Both the position numbers and the translations under genes were made by a program. From IMG/VR virus record IMGVR_UViG_3300035698_010612, positions 3,252-67,251 of that record: 64,000 nt of DNA, one strand, 5' to 3'. Position 1 is the first letter of the stretch, and each line of letters starts with the position of its first letter. The DNA is from a virus. Below the pieces are notes generated by a model. The model made no database searches, was not told the DNA's origin, and saw only the letters and a program-made list of their open reading frames with translations. Shown here piece after piece: positions 1 to 7,531 of the stretch.

Positions 1-84
1 AAAAAAAGCAGGTTAAAGAAAATTGTGTCATTTACAGTCAATAAAATAAAAGGTTTGGAATCGCTGATTGAATAAAAAGAGGAG

Positions 85-861
85 TTGATGGTAGGGAAAA
101 ATCCGGCTTTCCAGTTTTATCCTTCTGATTGGTCAAACGATACAAGCATGGTTTCGCTTGAAATTAAGGGTGCCTGGATAGACATTCTATGTGCCATGTG
201 GTGGAACGGAAACAAAGGTGAGATCACCGGCTCAGACGATGATTTTTCCCGCCTCTTAAGAACGTCGGTTGATCATTCTAAAAACATAATCCAAACATTA
301 ATCGATAAAAAAATCTGTGATTGCGAAGTAAGCAATAACGGAATCCTTACCTTAACTAACCGCAGAATGAAAAGAGAGGAAGAAAAGCGTAAGTACAATG
401 CAGATAAAGTAAAAAAGCATTACCACAGCAAGAAAAGGAAGGAAGGAAAAGAAACCCTTACTAAAACCTTACCCAAAACTAATCTATATTCTTCATCTTC
501 TACTTCATCTTCTAATACTAAAGTAAAAAAACCTAGCAAAGCTGCCCCTGTGGATAACTCAAAAATAAATGAAAAAAATGACTACGATTATTACGCAGAG
601 CAGATCGATTTGTTGAGAGAAAAACTTTACAAAGTCTATTGGAAAAAAGTCCACGCTTGGGTGAACACCATGATAAAGAAAAAAACTAAACCGAAAGCCA
701 TTTACTACTGTTTGAAAAGAGTTGATGAAGTAAGACCGACCGACATGGATCCTTGGGCTTGGTGTGAAGGTATTTTAAAAACATTCAATGAATCTGAAAT
801 TTATAAGAAGGACAACCTTTTTCTGGATATAACAAACAAGCTAAAGGCAGTTACCACATGA
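85..861 (+). CDS. Phage replication initiator (DUF1376/YdaU-like N-terminal domain)
   Basis: N-terminal PAFQFYPSDW..D...SLE.KGAWIDILCAMW motif typical of phage replisome organisers; low-complexity central linker. Confidence 0.75.
   Translation: MMVGKNPAFQFYPSDWSNDTSMVSLEIKGAWIDILCAMWWNGNKGEITGSDDDFSRLLRTSVDHSKNIIQTLIDKKICDCEVSNNGILTLTNRRMKREEEKRKYNADKVKKHYHSKKRKEGKETLTKTLPKTNLYSSSSTSSSNTKVKKPSKAAPVDNSKINEKNDYDYYAEQIDLLREKLYKVYWKKVHAWVNTMIKKKTKPKAIYYCLKRVDEVRPTDMDPWAWCEGILKTFNESEIYKKDNLFLDITNKLKAVTT
452..557. promoter_or_regulatory. Putative replication origin inside rep gene: weak AAACCYTAC repeats plus consensus DnaA box
   Basis: TGTGGATAA (reverse complement TTATCCACA) at 549-557; imperfect short repeats at 452-484. 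Confidence 0.4.
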
Positions 862-1115
862 ACACCATCCACATAACAGAACCTATCTGGAAAGAACCAA
901 GATTTGTCGGCATAGCACATCACCGAATCTTTGATGATTTAAAGGTATACATTGACTGGATAGAAGAATCAGGAAAAAAAACCTATCCCCACCCATTTTA
1001 TATTTCCCTGGAAAGAGCCATAAAATATCCCGTACAGTTAAAACGGGTAAGCAAGAAAAAGGTGGTATTCCTTCACATAATCCCTATTCCCGCAATGGAG
1101 GAGATGAGAAATTAA
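858..1115 (+). CDS. Hypothetical protein
   Basis: ATGA overlap with rep gene; 85 aa. Confidence 0.7.
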   Translation: MNTIHITEPIWKEPRFVGIAHHRIFDDLKVYIDWIEESGKKTYPHPFYISLERAIKYPVQLKRVSKKKVVFLHIIPIPAMEEMRN

Positions 1116-1452
1116 CGACTCCGATAAGTTCCTCGAAGAAACTGAATCTTTCAAATGCCCCGATTACAGCAATAACCGGATTACGGAATACGGCTGCCGG
1201 ACTCGAAGGGTGAGGGCGATGAAAAATACTTCCGAGGATGTGTGTTCCGAGAACTGCCCCAGGTACCGGCCACCCACCCAGGAAGAGATTGAATCTGTTT
1301 TGGGAAAGAAAAAGACATTCAGGGTGAACTTAGTGAGAACCCGCAGCTTTACAGACAAGGAAAAGAAGGTATCGGCTAACAAGGTAAGAAACGCTTGTGC
1401 TAGAAGGCGGGTAAGAAGGGCGATGGAAAAGGAAACAACAAACAATATATAG
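1111..1452 (+). CDS. Hypothetical Cys-containing protein, probable ATT start
   Basis: Frame open from ATT 1111; SD GGAGGAG 7 nt upstream; extension adds two Cys. Confidence 0.55.
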   Translation: MNDSDKFLEETESFKCPDYSNNRITEYGCRTRRVRAMKNTSEDVCSENCPRYRPPTQEEIESVLGKKKTFRVNLVRTRSFTDKEKKVSANKVRNACARRRVRRAMEKETTNNI

Positions 1453-1468
1453 CAAAAGGAGGTAGGAA

Positions 1469-1660
1469 ATGAAATTGAAATCATTATTAAAAGAGGTAGA
1501 ACAGGAACTAAAAAAGGAAGAGGTAACAATGGCAAAGGAGGTAATAAAAACAAGATTGAGGGAAATTAAATCGGCAGAAAAAACGCTTCAAAACATGAGG
1601 AAGTCTCTGGAAAACTTACTTGATAAGGGGTTGGATGATATCTCACTCGATAACGACTAA
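1469..1660 (+). CDS. Hypothetical coiled-coil protein
   Basis: Strong SD AGGAGG; 63 aa. Confidence 0.7.
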   Translation: MKLKSLLKEVEQELKKEEVTMAKEVIKTRLREIKSAEKTLQNMRKSLENLLDKGLDDISLDND

Positions 1661-1982
1661 TGACTTTTTGTTGCTCGGAGATGGAAAAGACATTTGGTTG
1701 ATTTGTGGATGTGTCGCATATCACATGAAACAACCAATGATAAACGATGTGTCAATGGGGTGCAATAGGGATATTATTGATCTTGATCCTATGGGCGGAA
1801 GAAGATTTTCTGTGCCAGGATTTACTTCATATGAATCAACCATAAACATAAGGTCGAACGAAATAGCGATCATAGAAACCGGAAACCCACAACTTATTTC
1901 CGAACTGCTCTTCAAAAGATATAGCATTCAAGACCTTTTTAAAATCATAAACCAAAAGGTAGAAAAGAGAGACCAAAAATAA
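1635..1982 (+). CDS. Hypothetical protein
   Basis: ORF fills operon; start uncertain. Confidence 0.6.
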   Translation: MISHSITTNDFLLLGDGKDIWLICGCVAYHMKQPMINDVSMGCNRDIIDLDPMGGRRFSVPGFTSYESTINIRSNEIAIIETGNPQLISELLFKRYSIQDLFKIINQKVEKRDQK

Positions 1983-2005
1983 ACCGAAGCAAAAGGAGAG
2001 AGCAA

Positions 2006-2359
2006 ATGAGAGAGAAAAAGGCAAGAGAAATGGTGAAGTATTTTTTCACAGATGAAGAAAAGAAAGAGTTTGGTTCAAGCATAGCACAGGCAATTAAAAA
2101 CAAATCATCAAGGGAACTGGAACTAAAATCAGTATCAACACAAATCAAAAGTGACATTGCAAGAGAGGACGCAAACATAGATAGTCTTACCGAGAAAATT
2201 CAATCTGGCTATGAGTACAGGGGCGTTGAGTGCCGACTAAACTACAACGTGAAAAAGAAACTGGTTTATTATATTCGTATAGACGACGACGAAACCATTA
2301 TAAGAACAAGAGGCATGAGGGCGGAAGAAATTCAAGACGATTTACCAATCGAGGATTAG
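2006..2359 (+). CDS. Hypothetical phage protein
   Basis: SD AGGAG; coiled coil followed by GYEYRGVEC segment. Confidence 0.7.
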   Translation: MREKKAREMVKYFFTDEEKKEFGSSIAQAIKNKSSRELELKSVSTQIKSDIAREDANIDSLTEKIQSGYEYRGVECRLNYNVKKKLVYYIRIDDDETIIRTRGMRAEEIQDDLPIED

Positions 2360-2369
2360 GGGGGAAGAA

Positions 2370-2708
2370 ATGAAAAGAAGTTTTAGCAAGCTAGGTCACA
2401 AACCAAAAGGGGTGATGAACAAGACCGAGGCTTTGTATGCTGGTATCCTTGAAACAAAAAAAAGCATGGGTGCGATAAAAGAATACGGGTTTGAAAAGTT
2501 GAAATTTAATATAGGTCAAAAATGTTGGTACACACCGGACTTTATGGTTATTGAAAACAACGACCAACTAACAATGATTGAGGTCAAGGGCTGGATAACA
2601 GATGATGGCATGGTAAAGTTTAAGGCGGTCTGTACCCTTTATCCATTTATAAAATTCATAATGGTTAAATATGAAAACAAACAATGGAAGGTGATAAGGG
2701 AGAATTGA
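2370..2708 (+). CDS. PD-(D/E)xK endonuclease (DUF1064-like)
   Basis: MNKTEALY...YTPDF...IEVKG motifs. Confidence 0.75.
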   Translation: MKRSFSKLGHKPKGVMNKTEALYAGILETKKSMGAIKEYGFEKLKFNIGQKCWYTPDFMVIENNDQLTMIEVKGWITDDGMVKFKAVCTLYPFIKFIMVKYENKQWKVIREN

Positions 2709-2709
2709 C

Positions 2710-3018
2710 ATGAGTATATTTTATAAATGTGACATGTGTGGGGAAAACAATTTAAACGAAAAGGAAGTGCGTAGAGTCGTTATTAAAAGGAGGGAAAAAG
2801 TTGGTCTTGAAGAAGATAGAGTGTGGTGTGTGTTTGGAAGTGATATCTGCCCTAACTGTGAAGACAAAATAAGGAAGCTACTGAGTACGGGGGCTATGAG
2901 GTTCACCGCGAGCGAAATTAAATTTCAGTCGATCAATTCTATGGGAGATCAGGTTTGCGATGTAGTTATAAAAAAACTTGAGGAAGAGGTAAATGCAAAG
3001 GCTAGGGATCGACCGTGA
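2710..3018 (+). CDS. Zinc-ribbon hypothetical protein
   Basis: CDMC...ICPNC pairs. Confidence 0.65.
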   Translation: MSIFYKCDMCGENNLNEKEVRRVVIKRREKVGLEEDRVWCVFGSDICPNCEDKIRKLLSTGAMRFTASEIKFQSINSMGDQVCDVVIKKLEEEVNAKARDRP

Positions 3019-3032
3019 GATGTTTGATATGT

Positions 3033-3087
3033 GGCCAGGTAAGGCTTGGCGGGGCGGGGCGGGGCTGGGCGGGGCGGGGCACGGCAA
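3033..3087 (+). repeat. 11 x GG(C/T)NN pentamer repeat with G-quadruplex potential
   Basis: ggcca ggtaa ggctt ggcgg ggcgg ggcgg ggctg ggcgg ggcgg ggcac ggcaa. Confidence 0.9.
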
Positions 3088-3117
3088 ATTTATTTTTATT
3101 AGCAAAGGAGAACAGGC

Positions 3118-3489
3118 ATGGTGAAAAAATCTGCAACAGCTTGGATATTTTGGTATGTGGAAGCCCTAATTTGCTTATGCCACGCATCATCAGCCGATGT
3201 GTTCTGTGAAAAAATATTCAGTTTCACCAAGGGGAGGAAGGTAAACCTTCACCGGATAGACACGATGGCGACGGTGGGGTACTACATATCGAAGTTGTCA
3301 AAGACGTGTGTGTTTATTATCGGGTGCCATTACATGGAGAACATGGGAAACGTAGAGATAGCCAGGCGATTGAACAGGTTGCAGAACACAAGGAACTATA
3401 ACAGCTTTAGGGTAGATGATATACACAGAGAGAATTTAAAGAAGCTCTCGAAGAAACTGGACAAAGCGGGGTTAATAAGGAGGGATTGA
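3118..3489 (+). CDS. Putative late-transcription regulator (sigma region-4-like HTH)
   Basis: IIGCHYMENMGNVEIARRL resembles a sigma-4/Q/ArpU-type HTH; located just before late genes. Confidence 0.4.
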   Translation: MVKKSATAWIFWYVEALICLCHASSADVFCEKIFSFTKGRKVNLHRIDTMATVGYYISKLSKTCVFIIGCHYMENMGNVEIARRLNRLQNTRNYNSFRVDDIHRENLKKLSKKLDKAGLIRRD

Positions 3490-3740
3490 TGGCAGAAGAA
3501 AAAAACTATAATTTCACGTGGAGTACTGCGAGTGAAATAAACTATAATTTCACGTGGAGTACTGCGAGTGAAATAAACTTTATAAAGACGGTTGGTGTTC
3601 ATTGTGAGACCAGGAAATTGTCACACGCACAGCACGTAAGAAATTATGCCAAAGCAATAAAGTACAGAGTAAAATGGGACAACCTTGACAGGGTAGCCAT
3701 ATTGAATGCGTTGGAACTAGAGCTAACAAGAACCCAATGA
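3486..3740 (+). CDS. Hypothetical protein with 12-aa tandem duplication
   Basis: NYNFTWSTASEI x2. Confidence 0.6.
   Translation: MMAEEKNYNFTWSTASEINYNFTWSTASEINFIKTVGVHCETRKLSHAQHVRNYAKAIKYRVKWDNLDRVAILNALELELTRTQ
3503..3579. repeat. Perfect 36-bp tandem duplication, each unit with an inverted repeat
   Basis: AAACTATAATTTCACGTGGAGTACTGCGAGTGAAAT x2. Confidence 0.95.
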
Positions 3741-3754
3741 TAAGGGGGGAGAAA

Positions 3755-3952
3755 ATGGCGGGCAGTGGATATGTACGTTCTAAAAGAAAAATTGCTGAAT
3801 ATCTTGGTGTATCGAAAACGCAGGTAGCTATTTTTAAAAAGGAAGGTGCTCCAATCGCACAAACAACAAAGGGAACCTACTGGACGGTAAAAGAGGAGCT
3901 TGATAGTTGGTTTAAGAAAAAACTTCAAAAAGACATTAAAAAGGTTGATTGA
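3755..3952 (+). CDS. Small winged-HTH DNA-binding protein (Nu1/excisionase-like fold)
   Basis: KRKIAEYLGVSKTQV...GAPI....GTYW....LDSW. Confidence 0.7.
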   Translation: MAGSGYVRSKRKIAEYLGVSKTQVAIFKKEGAPIAQTTKGTYWTVKEELDSWFKKKLQKDIKKVD

Positions 3953-3992
3953 CTGTACCATGTAAAAAATCTCTTTTAAAAAGTCGCAAACA

Positions 3993-4079
3993 GATACCAA
4001 AACGACACCAACCGAACGCAACCTGATACCAAAACGACACCTGGAGCCCCTTGACACATATCCAACAACAGGTCAAAAT
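3993..4079 (+). promoter_or_regulatory. Putative late promoter with upstream 17-bp direct repeats
   Basis: GATACCAAAACGACACC at 3993 and 4025; TTGACA(4051)-N17-CAAAAT(4074). Confidence 0.6.
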
Positions 4080-4125
4080 ACCTATACTGCGGTAAATACC
4101 GCTCACAACTATCTCCTTTTGTTTA

Positions 4126-4168
4126 GACGCCCGGGGTTGCCTTGCCAGCTCCCTGGGCGTTTTTGTTT
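4126..4168 (+). terminator. Intrinsic terminator in late leader
   Basis: ACGCCCGGGG...CCCTGGGCGT stem followed by TTTTGTTT. Confidence 0.6.
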
Positions 4169-4181
4169 GGGGGTGATGACA

Positions 4182-4388
4182 ATGGATTTTAAAAAGAATG
4201 AAAGCCTCGAAGGTAAGGACCTTGAAGAAATCGGGTGTCATAGCTTGATGTGTAAGCTCTCAATGAAAGAACTTATCCATTTATTTAAACTGCTTGGCAT
4301 AAAGTATCGGGAAGAACATATCAGGAAGATCCAAGATTATAGGTTGTATTTGCAGAAGCATACCAGGAGCCCAGCGTTGGGCTTTTAG
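4182..4388 (+). CDS. Hypothetical protein
   Basis: ORF after leader with GGGGTGA SD. Confidence 0.5.
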   Translation: MDFKKNESLEGKDLEEIGCHSLMCKLSMKELIHLFKLLGIKYREEHIRKIQDYRLYLQKHTRSPALGF

Positions 4389-4402
4389 AGAGGAGGAAGA
4401 AA

Positions 4403-4669
4403 ATGGCAAGCCCAAACGGTAACGGAACCAGATTGTGGATATACGACAATGCTTTGAAAATAATCGGTGCTTTGATAGTAGCGGTTTTTTTGCTTTTTAC
4501 ATACGAGGTCAGGTGTGGGATTGACGAAAACAAAAAAGCGATTCAGGGGAAAGTGGATAGCGACATTTATGAACGAGACAGGGTAGAGCTTTTGGGATCG
4601 CTTTACAGGGTAGAGGGAAAGGTTGATGAGATAATTATGTTGTTTGCGGGGAATCCACCGAGCAAATGA
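4403..4669 (+). CDS. Membrane protein, putative holin/lysis accessory
   Basis: One TM helix plus coiled coil; upstream of endolysin; SD GGAGG. Confidence 0.5.
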   Translation: MASPNGNGTRLWIYDNALKIIGALIVAVFLLFTYEVRCGIDENKKAIQGKVDSDIYERDRVELLGSLYRVEGKVDEIIMLFAGNPPSK

Positions 4670-5118
4670 AAGAATCCGAAAGAGCACTAACAGAACGGAT
4701 GGTTGGTCAGATAAGCGGGGAAGTGCACGCAATCCGAGCAGCCTATCTCGGAGATACGACCCTTGAAGGATATCTCGCAGCCATAGAGGGTTATGTTGAC
4801 ATTGCCCTTGGGTGTTTGGAATTAGACGAGCCAAGCGACGAAGAGTGCAGGGAAATGTATAAACGAAGCATTGCCAAAATAGAGGGGAACACCATGAACC
4901 CAGAAGCGATTATAGCAGCAATAAAGATTTTCCGTGAGGTATTAGATGGTTTGCCCGAAGAAACGAAACGGGAAATCGACAAAAGAATCGACAAAATTGA
5001 GGACAGGTTTAAGCAGGGCAGCACATTAGACCTAATAATGGAAAGAGCCATGAAGATTGTTAGGGGAGATGAACTTCCTGACTACCCGGATGTGATTGAT
5101 GAAAAGCCTGAAGCCTAA
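4666..5118 (+). CDS. Hypothetical protein (possible internal start at 4894)
   Basis: ATGA coupling; internal GAGGGG SD before MNPEAII. Confidence 0.6.
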   Translation: MKESERALTERMVGQISGEVHAIRAAYLGDTTLEGYLAAIEGYVDIALGCLELDEPSDEECREMYKRSIAKIEGNTMNPEAIIAAIKIFREVLDGLPEETKREIDKRIDKIEDRFKQGSTLDLIMERAMKIVRGDELPDYPDVIDEKPEA

Positions 5119-5119
5119 G

Positions 5120-5416
5120 ATGAAATATCTATTAATTGCACTATTAATAATATCTTTGGATGTTCCTTATAAATTATCTGGCAACTACGAAGAACCACCG
5201 CAAAGGGTGGAATCAATAGAACCAATAAGTGAATATGCAAAAAAACACAACGTAAGATGTCAGGGTGGTATGGCTTCCTGTACTTGTATGGGTTGTGGTG
5301 GTGGTTACATTGACGAAGATGGTAATTATATACCGAAACAACAATGCAACACCTGTACACAAGAATATGTTTGTGATGATGGAAAGGTATTTATATGTTC
5401 ATCGAGGAGTTATTGA
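5120..5416 (+). CDS. Cys-rich protein with hydrophobic N-terminus (possibly exported)
   Basis: MKYLLIALLIIS; 8 Cys in the C-terminal half. Confidence 0.6.
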   Translation: MKYLLIALLIISLDVPYKLSGNYEEPPQRVESIEPISEYAKKHNVRCQGGMASCTCMGCGGGYIDEDGNYIPKQQCNTCTQEYVCDDGKVFICSSRSY

Positions 5417-5871
5417 AAAGTTTGATGAAATTACACATATCAAAAATCAGGGAATTTGACGTTCTGCTTTATCCTAAGAATATCTTTGGTAAGACACTCT
5501 TCTATCACTGTGCCTGGTATGTGGGGAGAGTATGGGGAATGCGGGTGAATTTTGAGAGTACATCTCGCGGCCCCGAATTTGAAGAGTGGGAGAATGGGGA
5601 AGTCCCGAAGTATGTTTGTCGATTGAAAGCATCTCTTACCCTGGCACAGAAGCAAAACATAAGGGAAGAGTGTGGGCTACTGAAAGACAGGGGATATGAT
5701 TGGCTCGGCTTTTTTGGCCACTACCTGGCACTAGACCACCCGAAGCTAATGAGATGTGACGAGCTTATTGAGATACCACTTATAGGGGCGGGGATAGACC
5801 CACAAAGACCAGAGAGACGACCAAGTGGATTTATGGAAAGTCCTGTTTTTGATGTTTATGAGGTTAAATGA
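5395..5871 (+). CDS. Permuted papain-like NlpC/P60 (YiiX-like) protein
   Basis: N-terminal His (FYHCAW), GYDW, C-terminal CDEL catalytic Cys. Confidence 0.6.
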   Translation: MFIEELLKSLMKLHISKIREFDVLLYPKNIFGKTLFYHCAWYVGRVWGMRVNFESTSRGPEFEEWENGEVPKYVCRLKASLTLAQKQNIREECGLLKDRGYDWLGFFGHYLALDHPKLMRCDELIEIPLIGAGIDPQRPERRPSGFMESPVFDVYEVK

Positions 5872-6068
5872 CCACAGAACAAGAAGCAAAAGCATTAGTA
5901 ATAGAGATAACCAAAATTCCAAATAATCTGGGCGGCGGATATAGTGCTTGTGTGCCAGATCTTGGAAGACTTGCTGCGGTAGGCGATGGAGAAACGCCGA
6001 AAGAGGCGGTGGAACATTTGTTTAGCAATTATGAAGATGATATCAATGGATTGGTGGTTTTAACATGA
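5868..6068 (+). CDS. HicB-like antitoxin domain protein (solo)
   Basis: GGYSACVPDL....VGDGETPKEAVEHL. Confidence 0.7.
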   Translation: MTTEQEAKALVIEITKIPNNLGGGYSACVPDLGRLAAVGDGETPKEAVEHLFSNYEDDINGLVVLT

Positions 6069-6526
6069 GATGGAAATATATCATCAATCATCATAGCCTA
6101 GGGAAAGATAGCAGGGTCTTGAACACGCAAGACATCAGGAACGATCACATTGTTAATAGAGAATGGGACGACATAGGTTATCATTTCTTGATTGAACTGG
6201 TTAGCAACTATTATGAAATTGTAGTAGGTAGGATGCTTGACACGAACGGAGCACACACTCTCGGACGCAACCCTGATTCAATCGGCATCTGTTGGGTGGG
6301 AAACTTTGACATAGCACCGCCAAGCAAAGAGCACTGGGCAAGAGGCGTTCAACTAAACAAGTCGCTCTGTTCCGAGTTTGACATACCTCTTAAAAACATA
6401 ATAGGGCATAGGGATTGCGTGGAAGACGATAGAAGCTGCCCGGGAAAATTATTTGACCTGCAGCAACTAAGAGACGATGTGGCAAAGCTGGTTATTGGCA
6501 GGGTTGTTAGATCGGATGGGTGGTAA
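6065..6526 (+). CDS. Endolysin, N-acetylmuramoyl-L-alanine amidase (Amidase_2, T7 lysozyme-like)
   Basis: HHS, DIGYHF, GAHT, SIGIC, GHRD, SCPG motifs. Confidence 0.9.
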   Translation: MRWKYIINHHSLGKDSRVLNTQDIRNDHIVNREWDDIGYHFLIELVSNYYEIVVGRMLDTNGAHTLGRNPDSIGICWVGNFDIAPPSKEHWARGVQLNKSLCSEFDIPLKNIIGHRDCVEDDRSCPGKLFDLQQLRDDVAKLVIGRVVRSDGW

Positions 6527-6529
6527 GCA

Positions 6530-6775
6530 ATGAAATGCAAACACGGGCTAACGACTGGAACTTGTTGGTTATGTTTAGGAAACAAACCAAAACCAGAGGG
6601 TCCCGGTAGTGAATCGCTACAAATGCAATTTTCACGAGGAGCAATGCTTTTTCCAGGAGTGGATTCTAGCCCACGCATTTATGTAGATGGTAGCGGAGAA
6701 ACAAACAAATACAATCCGGGAATGTGGGATAAAAGAGAAGCAAAAAAGACTGGGAAAAGTGGGACAAAATGTTGA
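6530..6775 (+). CDS. Hypothetical protein
   Basis: CKHG....CWLC N-terminal metal-binding motif. Confidence 0.55.
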   Translation: MKCKHGLTTGTCWLCLGNKPKPEGPGSESLQMQFSRGAMLFPGVDSSPRIYVDGSGETNKYNPGMWDKREAKKTGKSGTKC

Positions 6776-6786
6776 GGTGCATGTAA

Positions 6787-7020
6787 GTGGCTTACAAAAT
6801 TCCTAAACTTACCAACAAAGAAATAGAAACCCTGCAAGTCGATGCTGCCGTAAGGATGATGGGGAAGCTGACACATACCCTCATTCAAATCAACCAAGAA
6901 AGCAGAAGTGCAACATGCGATCTGGGGCAGGCAAGATTAAAAGTCGATCAACTGAAGAACGACAAAAGTACTGTTATAGAGCTTTTGCGGGCTATAAAGG
7001 TGATGATCCAAAGTGGCTAA
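6787..7020 (+). CDS. Hypothetical protein
   Basis: Coupled to terS; GTG start with GAGGTG SD. Confidence 0.55.
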   Translation: MAYKIPKLTNKEIETLQVDAAVRMMGKLTHTLIQINQESRSATCDLGQARLKVDQLKNDKSTVIELLRAIKVMIQSG

Positions 7021-7531
7021 GAAAGCAGTGAAGAAAAAAACAGTTAAGAAGAAGGTTGTAAAAAAGAAAGCCTCCAAAAAGAAAGTGGTGCCAGAGAAGG
7101 AATTGATACAACCCCAGCTTAACTATGACGAAATAGAGTACATAAAGGCATTATTGGCAGTTAACACATCAAAGCAAAGGGTAGCTGTTGAGGTAGGGCA
7201 TTCATGGGCTACAATTGACAGGATAAGTAAGCTAAACGATAAGGAGATTGAGGGATTCCGTGACATAAAAAGGAAAGAGTTTATTAAAAAAGCCTGGCAA
7301 AAGATAGAAATGCTTCTAAGACAGGTCACAGAGGGCAAATGTGCTTTTGCTACAATCAACCAAGTTACCACAGCAATGGGAACGATTTATGATAAAGCGG
7401 CCTTGGCAAGTGGGGAGGCCACAGAGAGGGTTGAGGTTAAAAAAGACGAATCGGAATTATCAAATCTTACCATTGAAGAACTCGAAACTATAAGAAAATT
7501 AAAGCATAAGGCAAGCAAAACAGATGCATGA
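7013..7531 (+). CDS. terS: Terminase small subunit
   Basis: Directly upstream of terL; HTH plus GTIYDK...GEATER and LSNLTIEEL C-terminus. Confidence 0.7.
   Translation: MAKKAVKKKTVKKKVVKKKASKKKVVPEKELIQPQLNYDEIEYIKALLAVNTSKQRVAVEVGHSWATIDRISKLNDKEIEGFRDIKRKEFIKKAWQKIEMLLRQVTEGKCAFATINQVTTAMGTIYDKAALASGEATERVEVKKDESELSNLTIEELETIRKLKHKASKTDA

Noticed and set aside
3015-3209. Gly/Arg-rich or Pro-rich ORFs over the pentamer repeat
   Set aside because: Likely by-products of the GC repeat; they overlap better-supported genes
3503-3579. CRISPR array (36-bp palindromic repeats)
   Set aside because: Only two abutting copies, no spacer, in frame within a CDS, and no cas genes
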